DNA from: Candidatus Bathyarchaeota archaeon
Lineage (GTDB): Archaea > Thermoproteota > Bathyarchaeia > TCS64
Direction of reading: 5' to 3'
NCBI GenBank assembly: GCA_030739585.1
Contig: JASLYX010000001.1
Location: 372,452-436,451 of the forward strand
Length of the DNA stretch: 64,000 nt
In this document: positions 1 to 9,571 of the stretch, piece after piece
Layout: every line of letters starts with the position of its first letter
Position numbering within the stretch: position 1 is the first letter of the stretch
Notes under the pieces: model-generated
Databases searched by the model: none
What the model was told of the DNA's origin: nothing
Seen by the model: only the letters and a program-made list of their open reading frames with translations
Program-made: the position numbers and the translations under genes

Positions 1-1329
1 CCATAAGATAGTGTGTAAAACTCTTTATTTAAGAAGTTAATATCTGCTTTTACATCATTTCTCTTTAAAATAACGGTAATTTCCTTTATCCTCTTCAACT
101 TATTGATATGTTCTGTACATTGGGATCTTAATGGAATGATAATGTTATTTTTTATCTTAATTTTATTCTTTTTTTTCCTATTATTGGTCGAGGCCAAAAA
201 AGTTGCATTGCTTAGTATTTTGGCTGATTCCCATATGTTATCTTTAGAGAGTTTTGAACCAAAATCTGTCTTCATTTCCGGATGACTACCTGACAGAATC
301 ACTAAACCTGTTCCAAAATATCCCTGGGCTATAGCGGTTTTTTTTCTCTTACAAGCTTTATGAATGCCTGTTTTCTTTATTTTTAAGTCATCTGCTATTT
401 CATTGGTTTTAAAATATTCCGATGGTGTAAATTTCTCTGGTGAAACATTTTCAAATTCTACTAAAGATTCTGGTGATGAGGCATTTTCTACTGCACTCTC
501 TATAAGATTCCATATAGGTCCATTCCAATGGACGCACTCAAAGAATTTTGGCATCCCAAACATAATTGGATTATTGGGTGCTGCGTTCTTAGCAACATAG
601 GTTCCCATACCCGGTGACTTAAATCCACTATCCGAGTTTTCATTGATATGCCAGTCTTCGACGTTTAACAATGTCATGTATTTTTTTGCTGGATGCCACC
701 ATTTCATGAATCTATCTCTGACAACTGAAGCAATATATGAACCCCCACAACATCCAAAGTAGGCTCCTCCTTCTCTAACAAATTTTGTAATATTTTTTGC
801 GCCTTCCACCCCCATACTGGCAAGAAGCAAATTTTCTCTGTTTATGTTTGCTTTTTTGGCACCTCCCCCACCCCCCGACATAAAAATGTCATAACTATCT
901 AAGGCTCCAACAGCCACATCCATGCCTGAAATCCAATTAACATCAAAACCAGATGTTGAGATTCCTAAAGCGTGATTAAAACCGCCCGAATCTTGATATA
1001 ATGCAACGTTAGCAGGTTTTAATTTGAATACATTAATGGATTTCGAAATCTCTATTTTTTCATAGCTCACATTTTCAATATGTAAAAACTTTATTATGCT
1101 TTTTTCTGTAAGTTTTGTGTATGATTGTATTGAGCCTCTATTATTCCAATCTTCTAATATGTTTTCTAGGGGGATTAAAAAGTCTCCCTGATTAATCTCT
1201 AATCCCTCTTGTGCTACTGATTCTTGACTCCAGAGAATATTAACCCCATAACTAAGTAAATTGTTGATGGCTCTGTAGGTCTTTAGCCAGTTTTTTCTTC
1301 CATTAAAAACAAGTATAGCCTTCATCATT
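1..1329 (-). CDS. Partial (runs off window start) class I glutamine-amidotransferase-like / BPL_N-type domain protein
   Basis: Manual reverse-strand translation from ATG at 1327-1329 (MMKAILVFNGRKNWLK...) stays open through position 1, consistent with no stop being found by the ORF track. Contains FGCCGGSY (G-x-C-x-G nucleophile-elbow-like) and a SGGGGGAKK stretch. AT-rich codon usage. Confidence 0.4.
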
Positions 1330-1465
1330 AACATTTAATTTCTATTTTAAAGATAATTCTTTCCATCTGGCAGTCTTCGTTAATTTAACTTTCATCCATT
1401 ATTGAAGAGGCCAAACAGTTATATTCTCTTTGCACCATTCATAAAAAATAAATTCTAAAAAAAAA

Positions 1466-2467
1466 TTAACAATTAATAAGGCCTAGGAGTTTTTCAGGAT
1501 TCGTTTTAACCATCTTAGTGAGATCGTCATTTGTGATTCCAAAATCCATCAAACATGCAATAAACTCTCTTAATCCCTCTAATGGCGTTGGTAGGGTATA
1601 AACACCAAAATCGGTTGAAAGTATACAATGCTGTGCTCCTAATTCTTCTATCTGCTCAGCAACATGTTTAACTCCCCCAGATACCTCTCCGCTCATCCCT
1701 TCATCAATAGATGCATACTCTCTTTCAACGTAATAATGTGTTTTAGGTATGGTTGTTGTATGTGTGTAGGCGGCAAGAGTATATTCGATGAATGCATTTT
1801 TTTCCGTTATATATTGAAGTTCATCCATTGTGGCCTCTTTAACGACAGCGCTGGATACTATGACCTTTTCAATTCCATATTCTTCAGCGAGGTCTACCAG
1901 TCTAATCGATTCATCAACCGAGGTATGACCGGTTATCATGTAAACGTGAGGCTTCGCAGCAATCAACCTTAATATTTCATCAAGGTTCTCCCCAGGTTTT
2001 TTTTCTAATGGGATCTCAATGCACATGTCAAGTTCTTTTTTAAATTCTGGGTATAATTTACTTAGAGGTACATATTCACCATCGACAACTCTGCCTTCTC
2101 TCGCGGCCTGGAAGTATGTACTATGTGCTCCAAAACTTACGTATTTAGCACCATCACCATAGTAAAGTGCCGTTTTCACTGCTCTTGGATTCATTCCACC
2201 ATAGACAGTATTTAATATCAAGCCACCATACGTCTGAAAATCAGGTATTTGTCTATTTACTAACCAAGCAGTTCCGTTGCTCATTTCAAATACATCCATA
2301 TAGACTATTGCTTGCATACCCGCGTCCCTTGCTTCAATGGCTGCTTGGAATGGGTCCACTCTCCGAGGACTGCTGAAAATATGAGGACCTGCATGAAGGT
2401 GTATATCTATTGCTCCTTTGAGCAGTTCCTTTGATTTTTCAAATGATCTTCCTTCAGGTAATATCAT
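1466..2467 (-). CDS. Metal-dependent hydrolase, amidohydrolase/TIM-barrel superfamily
   Basis: 333 aa with N-terminal IDIHLHAGPH (HxH metal-ligand motif typical of amidohydrolase-fold enzymes); AT-rich island gene. Confidence 0.5.
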   Translation of the reverse strand: MILPEGRSFEKSKELLKGAIDIHLHAGPHIFSSPRRVDPFQAAIEARDAGMQAIVYMDVFEMSNGTAWLVNRQIPDFQTYGGLILNTVYGGMNPRAVKTALYYGDGAKYVSFGAHSTYFQAAREGRVVDGEYVPLSKLYPEFKKELDMCIEIPLEKKPGENLDEILRLIAAKPHVYMITGHTSVDESIRLVDLAEEYGIEKVIVSSAVVKEATMDELQYITEKNAFIEYTLAAYTHTTTIPKTHYYVEREYASIDEGMSGEVSGGVKHVAEQIEELGAQHCILSTDFGVYTLPTPLEGLREFIACLMDFGITNDDLTKMVKTNPEKLLGLINC

Positions 2468-2595
2468 GATTAATCAACCTATGTTCCACAAACATAAATC
2501 TTCATGTTATAGAAAATAGGTAGTTGAAAATATTTTATCGAAGCCTTAAAACTCTCAACTCTAAATATTTGATGATATATTAAAAACGGATAATG

Positions 2596-2603
2596 TTTTA
2601 TAT
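2596..2603 (+). promoter_or_regulatory. TATA-like box (TTTTATAT) about 25-30 bp upstream of the SBP start codon
   Basis: Archaeal promoter-like AT element at the appropriate distance from ATG 2628; the gene is probably leaderless. Confidence 0.3.
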
Positions 2604-2627
2604 CGAGTAAAACTTATTTGTCCTTTA

Positions 2628-4454
2628 ATGAAAATGAAGAAAATTCGTAAAATTGACATCTTATTACCTGTATTAGTAGCGCTATTAATGACATCTACAG
2701 TAGTAGTTTTTCCTGGATTAGCAAAAGAAGAAAACTATTTCTTTGAAATAACTATGATGTTGGATCCAGCTAATATTGATGCTGCTGAAATCATGAAAAG
2801 AGGCTGGGAGGAAATCGGGATCAAGGTAAATATTGTTACTCTTGAGTTCTCCACAATGTTGAACCGATACTTATACGGAGAGTCCTATCCCGGAGCTACA
2901 TATGATGAAGGCGGTCTTGATATTGCGCTAACTGGGTGGGGAACTATGATTCCCGATAGTTACGGAAATTACCATTCTCACTCAAGAATCGGTATAGGTA
3001 AATTTCCAAATTACAACATGATGATGTTTGCTCATGGAGAGGTTGATGATCTATTAGAAGAAGGCTTAAAAACACTAGATAGAGACAAAAGTATCGAAAT
3101 CTACAGACGAGTAGAAGAAATCGTAAATGATGAACTGCCAATAATATACATATTCAGAGATAATCGAATTGTAGGTCAAGCCAGTACATTGGAATTAGGA
3201 GATTATGTGCAGCTTGGAAGCACTTCAGCCAACCTAAGGTCCTGGGATTTCCATTATACTGACAAAAAAGGTGGGGAGATGGTCTTTATTGGAGACCAAA
3301 ACCCTCCCGGTCTCAGCGCTATGTATTCCATTACAACAGTAGGTGTGAACAATGCTTACCTCATCCAAGAACCATTGGTGGCCTTTGGCCTACCTGTGGG
3401 AACGTTTGAAGGTATACTGGCCGAAAGTTGGGACATTTCAGAGGACGGAAAAACCTACACGTTCAACTTGCGAGAGAACGTAAAATGGCAAGACGGAGAG
3501 GCTTTTGATGCTGATGACGTAATGTTTACTTGGGATCTATTCATGAATCCTGAAGCAGGTTTTAGTGGACATGGATTCTTTGCTAAGAATGTAAAGGAAG
3601 TAAGAAAGGTAGATGAGCATACCCTCGAAATGGTGCTTAACGACATATATACGTCTGCCATATATCGTCTGGCTACACGAGTAATGCTTCCAGAGCACAT
3701 CTTGGGGGATGTAAGTCCATCTGAACTTAAAACACACGGGTTCAACAAGGAACCTATTGGTACAGGACCATGGAAAGTTGCTAAATGGGTTGATGATGAA
3801 TACATCCAATACGAGCGATTTGATGGTTACTGGCGAGGGACTCCTAAACTAGACAGTATAAAATTCAGAGTAATGCCTGACAAAGCAACAGGAATAGCAG
3901 CTTTACAAGCTGGAGAAATCCAGTGTATATTCCAACAAATTTACCGTACTGCCTTGATTCAAAACTTTGAGACACTTGAAAAAAATCCGGATGTAAAATT
4001 GATAGAGTATCCACCTACTGGAACTAATTATGCAATCATTAACTTAGAACACCCAAATCTGAACAATAAATTCGTAAGACAAGCAATGGCCCAAGCCATT
4101 GATTACGAAGGAATAGTTGAGGGTGTCTACAATGGTCATGCATCAAGAACATCGCAGTGGTATTCCAAGTTAATGGAGGGTTATTTCAACCCCGACTTGG
4201 AATGGAAATATGATATTCCAGCAGCTAAAGAAAAAATGGAAATGGCAGGCTACAAGTACACTTGGCTAGAGGCACCAACGGAAGTTACAAAAACAGTTAC
4301 AAAAGAAGTCAAAGTACCTGGAGAAACAGTTACAGTACCTGGAGAAACAGTCATAGTGAAACAAACTGACACTATACAACTAATTGCTAGTATAGTGGCC
4401 GGAGCCGTCATAGGCGGACTTGTCGTAAAATTTGCCTTTAAAAAAGAAACCTAA
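2628..4454 (+). CDS. ABC-transporter substrate-binding protein, family 5 (oligopeptide/dipeptide/nickel type), membrane-anchored
   Basis: N-terminal signal/TM segment. Family-5 SBP signature block GTGPWKVAKWVDDEYIQYERFDGYWRGTPKLDSIKFRVMPD. Thr-rich linker with tandem VPGETVTVPGETV repeat, then a C-terminal hydrophobic anchor (IASIVAGAVIGGLVVKFAF), typical of archaeal SBPs. Confidence 0.75.
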   Translation: MKMKKIRKIDILLPVLVALLMTSTVVVFPGLAKEENYFFEITMMLDPANIDAAEIMKRGWEEIGIKVNIVTLEFSTMLNRYLYGESYPGATYDEGGLDIALTGWGTMIPDSYGNYHSHSRIGIGKFPNYNMMMFAHGEVDDLLEEGLKTLDRDKSIEIYRRVEEIVNDELPIIYIFRDNRIVGQASTLELGDYVQLGSTSANLRSWDFHYTDKKGGEMVFIGDQNPPGLSAMYSITTVGVNNAYLIQEPLVAFGLPVGTFEGILAESWDISEDGKTYTFNLRENVKWQDGEAFDADDVMFTWDLFMNPEAGFSGHGFFAKNVKEVRKVDEHTLEMVLNDIYTSAIYRLATRVMLPEHILGDVSPSELKTHGFNKEPIGTGPWKVAKWVDDEYIQYERFDGYWRGTPKLDSIKFRVMPDKATGIAALQAGEIQCIFQQIYRTALIQNFETLEKNPDVKLIEYPPTGTNYAIINLEHPNLNNKFVRQAMAQAIDYEGIVEGVYNGHASRTSQWYSKLMEGYFNPDLEWKYDIPAAKEKMEMAGYKYTWLEAPTEVTKTVTKEVKVPGETVTVPGETVIVKQTDTIQLIASIVAGAVIGGLVVKFAFKKET

Positions 4455-4586
4455 TAAATCCTCCTCGTTTTCTTTTTTTTATCCCTTGATTGTTAATGTT
4501 GCATCTATAACTGGTTTTTCGAGTTTCTACGTGTTATCATCTAAGATTTGTAAAAATAAACTGTATCATGAGGTCAAAAAACTAGA

Positions 4587-4919
4587 TTGAATATTTCGTT
4601 AAAAGTGCCTGGTGGGTCGGGAGCTATCTTCAGAGCTTTTTATCTTGGGAGAACTGTATCCATTTGCAGGAGCATAAAATTGATGCAAACCGATTCAGCT
4701 AGGAAATATTTAGCAATTATAATTCTTCTTTTTACATACCTTATTTTACCAATTTTATCAATGTTGTTGATAATATTCTTTTTTTATGTAATGCATCAGT
4801 GGATCAGCATGTTTCCATCTATTAACCTTAATGATGTCGTAATCAATCTCTTTCTTACCATACTTCTATTTTCATTTTTATATCTTTTCAGAAAATTAAT
4901 TCTTTGGCTTAGAGATTAA
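4587..4919 (+). CDS. Hypothetical small membrane protein
   Basis: 110-aa ORF, highly hydrophobic, AT-rich; no recognisable motif. Confidence 0.3.
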   Translation: MNISLKVPGGSGAIFRAFYLGRTVSICRSIKLMQTDSARKYLAIIILLFTYLILPILSMLLIIFFFYVMHQWISMFPSINLNDVVINLFLTILLFSFLYLFRKLILWLRD

Positions 4920-4952
4920 ATACTTAAGGACAAATGGTACATATATCTAACC

Positions 4953-6554
4953 ATGTATGACCTCATAATAAAAGACTCGAAAATTCTCGATGGAACCGGT
5001 ATCCCAAGTTTTAGAGCAGACATTGGGATAAAAGGAGAAAAAATTGTTGAGGTATCCAAGGCTCAATTATCTGAAGAGTCTGAAACAATCATTGATGGCA
5101 ACGGATTATTTGCCGCTCCAGGTTTTGTAGATATGCATACTCATGCAGATATCTCTATATTTACGAATCCACTTGGGAAAAGCCTCATAATGCAAGGAGT
5201 GACACTTGTGTTGACTGGAAATTGTGGTTCAAGCCCTGCACCGCTTGACGATGATATTAAAAAAGGATGGCTTTTGAGAGGTGGTGGATATAAACCTGAT
5301 TGGGATGATTTTCCTGGATATCTGGATGCAATTGAACGTGCAAAATTTAGTTCAAATATAGCCACTCAAATTGGACACAACTCCATAAGAGCTTATGTTA
5401 TGGGAGAATACGCTGCTCATGCATCAAATAAAACTGAGTTAGATGAAATGTCAGAAATACTGGAAGTTGCAATGGATGCAGGGGCCATAGGTTTTTCATC
5501 TGGTCTAATGTATAGGCCTGGTATTTGGTCTGAAACAGAGGAATTAATTGAGTTATGCAAGGTCGTGGAGAAAAGTGGTGGCGTTTATACATCCCACATG
5601 CGTGGTGAAGCTAATGAAGTTTTACAATCAGTTTCTGAGCTAGTGAAAATCACTGAAGAATCAGGAGTTTCCGCACATATAGGTCATCACAGGGCCGAAT
5701 GCCGAGTTAATTGGGGCTTGATTAAACATACTCTGGGAATGATGATGCAGGCTAATCTCAAAGGTTGCAATATTACGTGTGATTTTTTTCCTTATGAAGC
5801 ATGTGGTGTGGGTGGTGGAATACCATTACCAAGATGGGCAAGTCCGCTATATATGCCTAAGAAAGATGCAGAAAAAATGATACATGACTCTCAAACCCGT
5901 GAAAAAATAAAGGATGAAATAAGAAAAGGAACTGAACTTGGACCAGACAAACGGTCTTATGAACCAATAGATAGTACGGATGATGTCGTAATCACAATTT
6001 ACCCAGATGAACCCGAACTTCAGGGTAAAACAGTCACAGAGTTATCAAGAATTAAAGGTTATACCGATCCTTTGGATTTTTTTTTATATACTGTTACTAG
6101 TGACAAACCCTTTGGTGTGGTGGCTTTCAATGTATGGGAGAAAGATCTTGACAAATTAGTAAAATCTCCGTTAGCTATGATTGGTACTGATTCAGGCTTT
6201 GTCGATAATATTGGTGTTCCCAATAGACATCCCAGAGCTTATGGTTCTTATCCAAAGATTCTTGGAGAATATGTCCGAGAAAAAAAACTTATTTCTTGGG
6301 AGGAAGCAGTGATGAAATTTAGTACAAGGCCACACTCAAAGCTTGGGATCAAGGATAGAGGAGTTATTAGGCCCGGGTTCTTTGCGGATTTGGTGTTTTT
6401 TAACCCAGATACCGTTGGTACAAAAGTGGATTATTCAGGAGTAGCAAGGTATCCTATAGGCATTGAACACGTGGTTATTAATGGACAATTAGTTGTGGAA
6501 AACTCAATACATACTGGAAAGAAATCCGGAAAACTCATAAGAAAACTGGGTTAA
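4953..6554 (+). CDS. Amidohydrolase-3 family, N-acyl-D-amino-acid deacylase (D-aminoacylase)-like
   Basis: 533 aa. N-terminal beta-sandwich then GFVDMHTHADISIF (D-aminoacylase-type HxH). Overall length and architecture match the D-aminoacylase family. Confidence 0.65.
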   Translation: MYDLIIKDSKILDGTGIPSFRADIGIKGEKIVEVSKAQLSEESETIIDGNGLFAAPGFVDMHTHADISIFTNPLGKSLIMQGVTLVLTGNCGSSPAPLDDDIKKGWLLRGGGYKPDWDDFPGYLDAIERAKFSSNIATQIGHNSIRAYVMGEYAAHASNKTELDEMSEILEVAMDAGAIGFSSGLMYRPGIWSETEELIELCKVVEKSGGVYTSHMRGEANEVLQSVSELVKITEESGVSAHIGHHRAECRVNWGLIKHTLGMMMQANLKGCNITCDFFPYEACGVGGGIPLPRWASPLYMPKKDAEKMIHDSQTREKIKDEIRKGTELGPDKRSYEPIDSTDDVVITIYPDEPELQGKTVTELSRIKGYTDPLDFFLYTVTSDKPFGVVAFNVWEKDLDKLVKSPLAMIGTDSGFVDNIGVPNRHPRAYGSYPKILGEYVREKKLISWEEAVMKFSTRPHSKLGIKDRGVIRPGFFADLVFFNPDTVGTKVDYSGVARYPIGIEHVVINGQLVVENSIHTGKKSGKLIRKLG

Positions 6555-6601
6555 ACTACAAAAGCATTTATTTTTCTTTAATCGTTTTAATCTATCCTAC
6601 G

Positions 6602-7033
6602 TTGAAACAATACAAGTTAGATTTAATCGGTGCATTACTTGTGTTGATAGGTTTAAGTGGATTACCCTGGTATATTATTAAAATCAGAGTGTCTCGGGAT
6701 TTATGGTATAATTTTTCTTATTCTCCTTTTAAATTAATTATTGAAATGGGGGATGTTGTTGATGCTGATTTATTTTATAGATTTGATTCAACTATTGTTG
6801 GCATTATCCTATTATTAATGTTGTTATTAAGATTAATTAAAACAGACATCTTAAAAATGAAATATTTAGCTCCATTAATCATGGGATTAATACTAATATT
6901 TTTTACATCATTTCTTCCTATACATGTAACAACAGCATCAAGGCTAGTTATTGGGGATGGGGCTTATTTTATTCTCTTTGGATCTGCCCTACTAATCATA
7001 TCAAGTATTATAAATCAACTTTATTCTCAATGA
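6602..7033 (+). CDS. Hypothetical membrane protein
   Basis: 143-aa hydrophobic ORF (TTG start in the track); AT-rich. Confidence 0.35.
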   Translation: MKQYKLDLIGALLVLIGLSGLPWYIIKIRVSRDLWYNFSYSPFKLIIEMGDVVDADLFYRFDSTIVGIILLLMLLLRLIKTDILKMKYLAPLIMGLILIFFTSFLPIHVTTASRLVIGDGAYFILFGSALLIISSIINQLYSQ

Positions 7034-7264
7034 ATTTCATGATAAATAACTTATTAAATATTCCGCGCACACTCTAGTGCTCTTATTTAAGTCTTCTAAA
7101 TATTCTATCATCACTGTAATAGAAGTAGCCCATAATCTTCTTTTTAACTCAATGTTCCCCAAACGTTCTTTCTTACGTTCAAATAAAGTTACTGAAAAGA
7201 TTCTGGCGGTCAATTCAACGGTAACAAAACTTCAATTTAGATATTCTATTTAGAAAAACTAATC

Positions 7265-7528
7265 GTGAAATTGGACAAACCTCCACAACCTGATGGCAAG
7301 AAAAGGGGGACTTTCAAGGAGGCAGACATAAAGGGGACACGGGCGACTGCCAACTTTAGGAGGCGGATCCCCCCTTTGGTGTTGGATCTGGAGAAGCTAC
7401 TTTCCAAAGTAAGGACTGCTATGGTAGAGGAGTACGCCCATGTCTACAGTATGAGAAGGGTGTACTGTGAAAAATCCCCCTTCTGTTCTGCCATTAGAGG
7501 CTTATATCTGATTAGAGGACAAGTCTAG
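7265..7528 (+). CDS. Hypothetical protein; possibly the N-terminal part of a disrupted gene continuing in 7556-7933 (same frame)
   Basis: 87-aa ORF in the same reading frame as the downstream HExxH ORF, separated from it by two in-frame stops (TAG at 7526-7528, TAA at 7553-7555). Confidence 0.3.
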   Translation: MKLDKPPQPDGKKRGTFKEADIKGTRATANFRRRIPPLVLDLEKLLSKVRTAMVEEYAHVYSMRRVYCEKSPFCSAIRGLYLIRGQV

Positions 7529-7555
7529 TTTATACTGAATGGAGGACGTTTCTAA

Positions 7556-7933
7556 TTGATCCACTACTTCCCTGCTCCTGATGTAAAGAGGAGCATTGAG
7601 GAGATGGTGGGCCTCCTTAGGTTCGATCACATTGACTTGGGCAATATATATTGCGTCAGAAGCAGAGGCTCTAAGGCGAAAAGTACTATTGCTAGGATCC
7701 ACGGCAGGAGCAAGGTTTGGCAGGCTGTTGGTCTTGAGCCCTCATACGTTATCGAGATAATAGCGGAGCGATTTGATAGACTATCTCCAGAGGATCAGGC
7801 TAGGATCTTGATCCACGAGCTTCTCCATATCCCCCACGGGTTTAAGGGAGGCTTTCGACATCACAAAGACTATGTCAACGACGAGACGGTCGATACCTGG
7901 TATAAGAGGTATTGCGAGAAGAAAGACGCTTAA
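7556..7933 (+). CDS. Putative zinc metallopeptidase-fold protein (HExxH; SprT-like/predicted-metallopeptidase type)
   Basis: ILIHELLHIPHGFKGGFRHH contains a HELLH zincin motif plus downstream His. The track start is a TTG; the first ATG is at MVGLL. Confidence 0.45.
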   Translation: MIHYFPAPDVKRSIEEMVGLLRFDHIDLGNIYCVRSRGSKAKSTIARIHGRSKVWQAVGLEPSYVIEIIAERFDRLSPEDQARILIHELLHIPHGFKGGFRHHKDYVNDETVDTWYKRYCEKKDA

Positions 7934-8482
7934 ACTTGTAGAGAAGCCCGTTTTCCATATCTGGATTGGTTTTTGTATTTTAGGGTAATACTGGTGTTTT
8001 TAACTATTTTTTTTAGACTAAATATTCTTTCCACTGGCATAACTCTACACTTCTATTTTCCCACATCCAAGATGAGGACCTTAAAGGGGCCCGTGGAGGT
8101 TCATGATAACGCGCGGCTATCTTGAAGGAACCCATACTCCCTCGTCTGAAACATGGAAATCCAGTCCCTCTGAAACGGTTCTATATAGGCCTTTATCCCA
8201 GCTCTCACGCTCATCATCAAGGGGTTCCCGTAGGTCATGTTAAAAAAAATCTATTGTCTATCATGGGGAACTTGGTCCCCCCACTTGATCTCCTCGAGAA
8301 CCATGCAAACTTTCTGAATGAGACATCAAAACGGATGAACCTCCTTATAGAACTAAAGTTAAATCATATACCCAGAAAAAGCTTAATCACACCTAGAACA
8401 GGCCAACCTTACAATGCACCCTATATTCTCAACAAGTTAGCCTCCAGTTCATTAGTAAAATGTACTAACACGTAAGGGCGAT

Positions 8483-9451
8483 CTAGCTCTCTACGGAGCG
8501 CTTGATGATCTCATGGTTGATCTTGCCACATGTGAAGGAGGACCCAGTCTTGGAACTAGTCAAGGTCACCACAGCCGGCGCGAAGAGGGCCGGATCGATC
8601 TTGATGAAGTCGAAGTTGACCGCTTTGTAGATCTCATAGCTTGACTTTCCGTAGTCGCTGCAGTTGCTAGAGGGCGCGCTTAACGCGATCTCCTTGAGAA
8701 CCTCCTCCTCCTCGTCAACTATATAGGTGGTTACCCCTCCATAAGTTAGGGCGTCCTCGGCCCGCCCCATAGCCTTCCCCTTATCTGGATGTACTGGCAT
8801 GATTGGGGCGTAACCCGCCCCATACCGAACCTTCTTGAGGTCGAGGCCCAGAAGGTCTAGCCTGAAGAGCCCCGTCTCCACGATTCTCCCTGAAATCTGG
8901 ACCATCCCCGCCATGGATGTCCCTGTCGTGAGGAGCATATAGACGTTCTCGGGCTTCACTTTACACGCCTCAGCAATGAAGTAGGCAGCCGAGTCCGGGG
9001 GCATTTCTTCTGTTTCTAAGACGATCACTGCGACGTCCGCCTCGTCTTGATATTCGATTTTCCTGAACACCTTCTTTGGTTTCAAGGCAAGCGCCCGGGC
9101 GGGTCCTGAACCGTCGGCGGTGTATCCTTCCGGTTTTATCCGCCAACCCGCAAGCTGGGCCCCAAATAGGGCCACTGCAGGGTGATCCGTTGAGATGACT
9201 ACCGTGGGCAGAGTGAGCCCCCCAAAATCAGCGTAGCCGAGCTCTGCAGTCCCAGCCCCCCCCATAGCTATCCTGGTCGTCATTAAACCGGCCTCATAGC
9301 CCCCGTGGGCCTTGATCCCAGTATCTATAACTGTCGCCCCGGATGGCAGCATCTTGACTCCCACGCGATAGTACTCCGGGTTGGTCAGGATCTCCCTAAT
9401 GAGCTCATAGGCCAGCTTGTTTATGCTTAGCATATCTTTTCGTGAACACAT
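8483..9451 (-). CDS. mch: N5,N10-methenyltetrahydromethanopterin cyclohydrolase
   Basis: Strong colinear similarity to Mch as recalled from memory: ATVIDTGI..GGYEAGL, GSGPARALALKP, DEADVAVIVLE, QISGRIVETG, KVRYGAGYAP, GKAMGRAEDA, FAPAVV. Confidence 0.85.
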   Translation of the reverse strand: MCSRKDMLSINKLAYELIREILTNPEYYRVGVKMLPSGATVIDTGIKAHGGYEAGLMTTRIAMGGAGTAELGYADFGGLTLPTVVISTDHPAVALFGAQLAGWRIKPEGYTADGSGPARALALKPKKVFRKIEYQDEADVAVIVLETEEMPPDSAAYFIAEACKVKPENVYMLLTTGTSMAGMVQISGRIVETGLFRLDLLGLDLKKVRYGAGYAPIMPVHPDKGKAMGRAEDALTYGGVTTYIVDEEEEVLKEIALSAPSSNCSDYGKSSYEIYKAVNFDFIKIDPALFAPAVVTLTSSKTGSSFTCGKINHEIIKRSVES

Positions 9452-9571
9452 TCTATGATTCCTTTATATCCTTAGTGAGCAATTTCCACAATCGATTTAT
9501 GGCGTTAAGGCAGGATCTCGCCATCGCGTACGCGTGGAGCCTTTACACACACTTCAGGGGTCTACTATCGA

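Larger units (their letters stand above)
1..7050. other. AT-rich compositional island, putatively horizontally acquired; left border outside the window
   Basis: Coding and noncoding sequence markedly more AT-rich than the rest of the window (by eye roughly mid/upper-30s % GC versus mid-50s %). The transition falls near 7050-7260. Confidence 0.5.

Noticed and set aside
3455-3809. Minus-strand ORFs inside the SBP gene, and analogous antisense ORFs inside many other genes (e.g. 16607-17008, 40855-41088, 51062-51802, 63164-63822)
   Set aside because: Fully embedded in well-supported genes on the opposite strand, with biased Ser/Arg/Pro composition; treated as frame shadows.
4261-4330. Short tandem DNA repeat GTACCTGGAGAAACAGT x2, considered as a possible CRISPR or minisatellite
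   Set aside because: It is in-frame coding sequence of the SBP Thr-rich linker (VPGETV repeats), with only two copies and no spacers; not a CRISPR array.
8122-8475. 117-aa plus-strand ORF in the spacer upstream of mch
   Set aside because: No recognisable motif, and no promoter or RBS context; the region looks noncoding, so it was not called as a gene.
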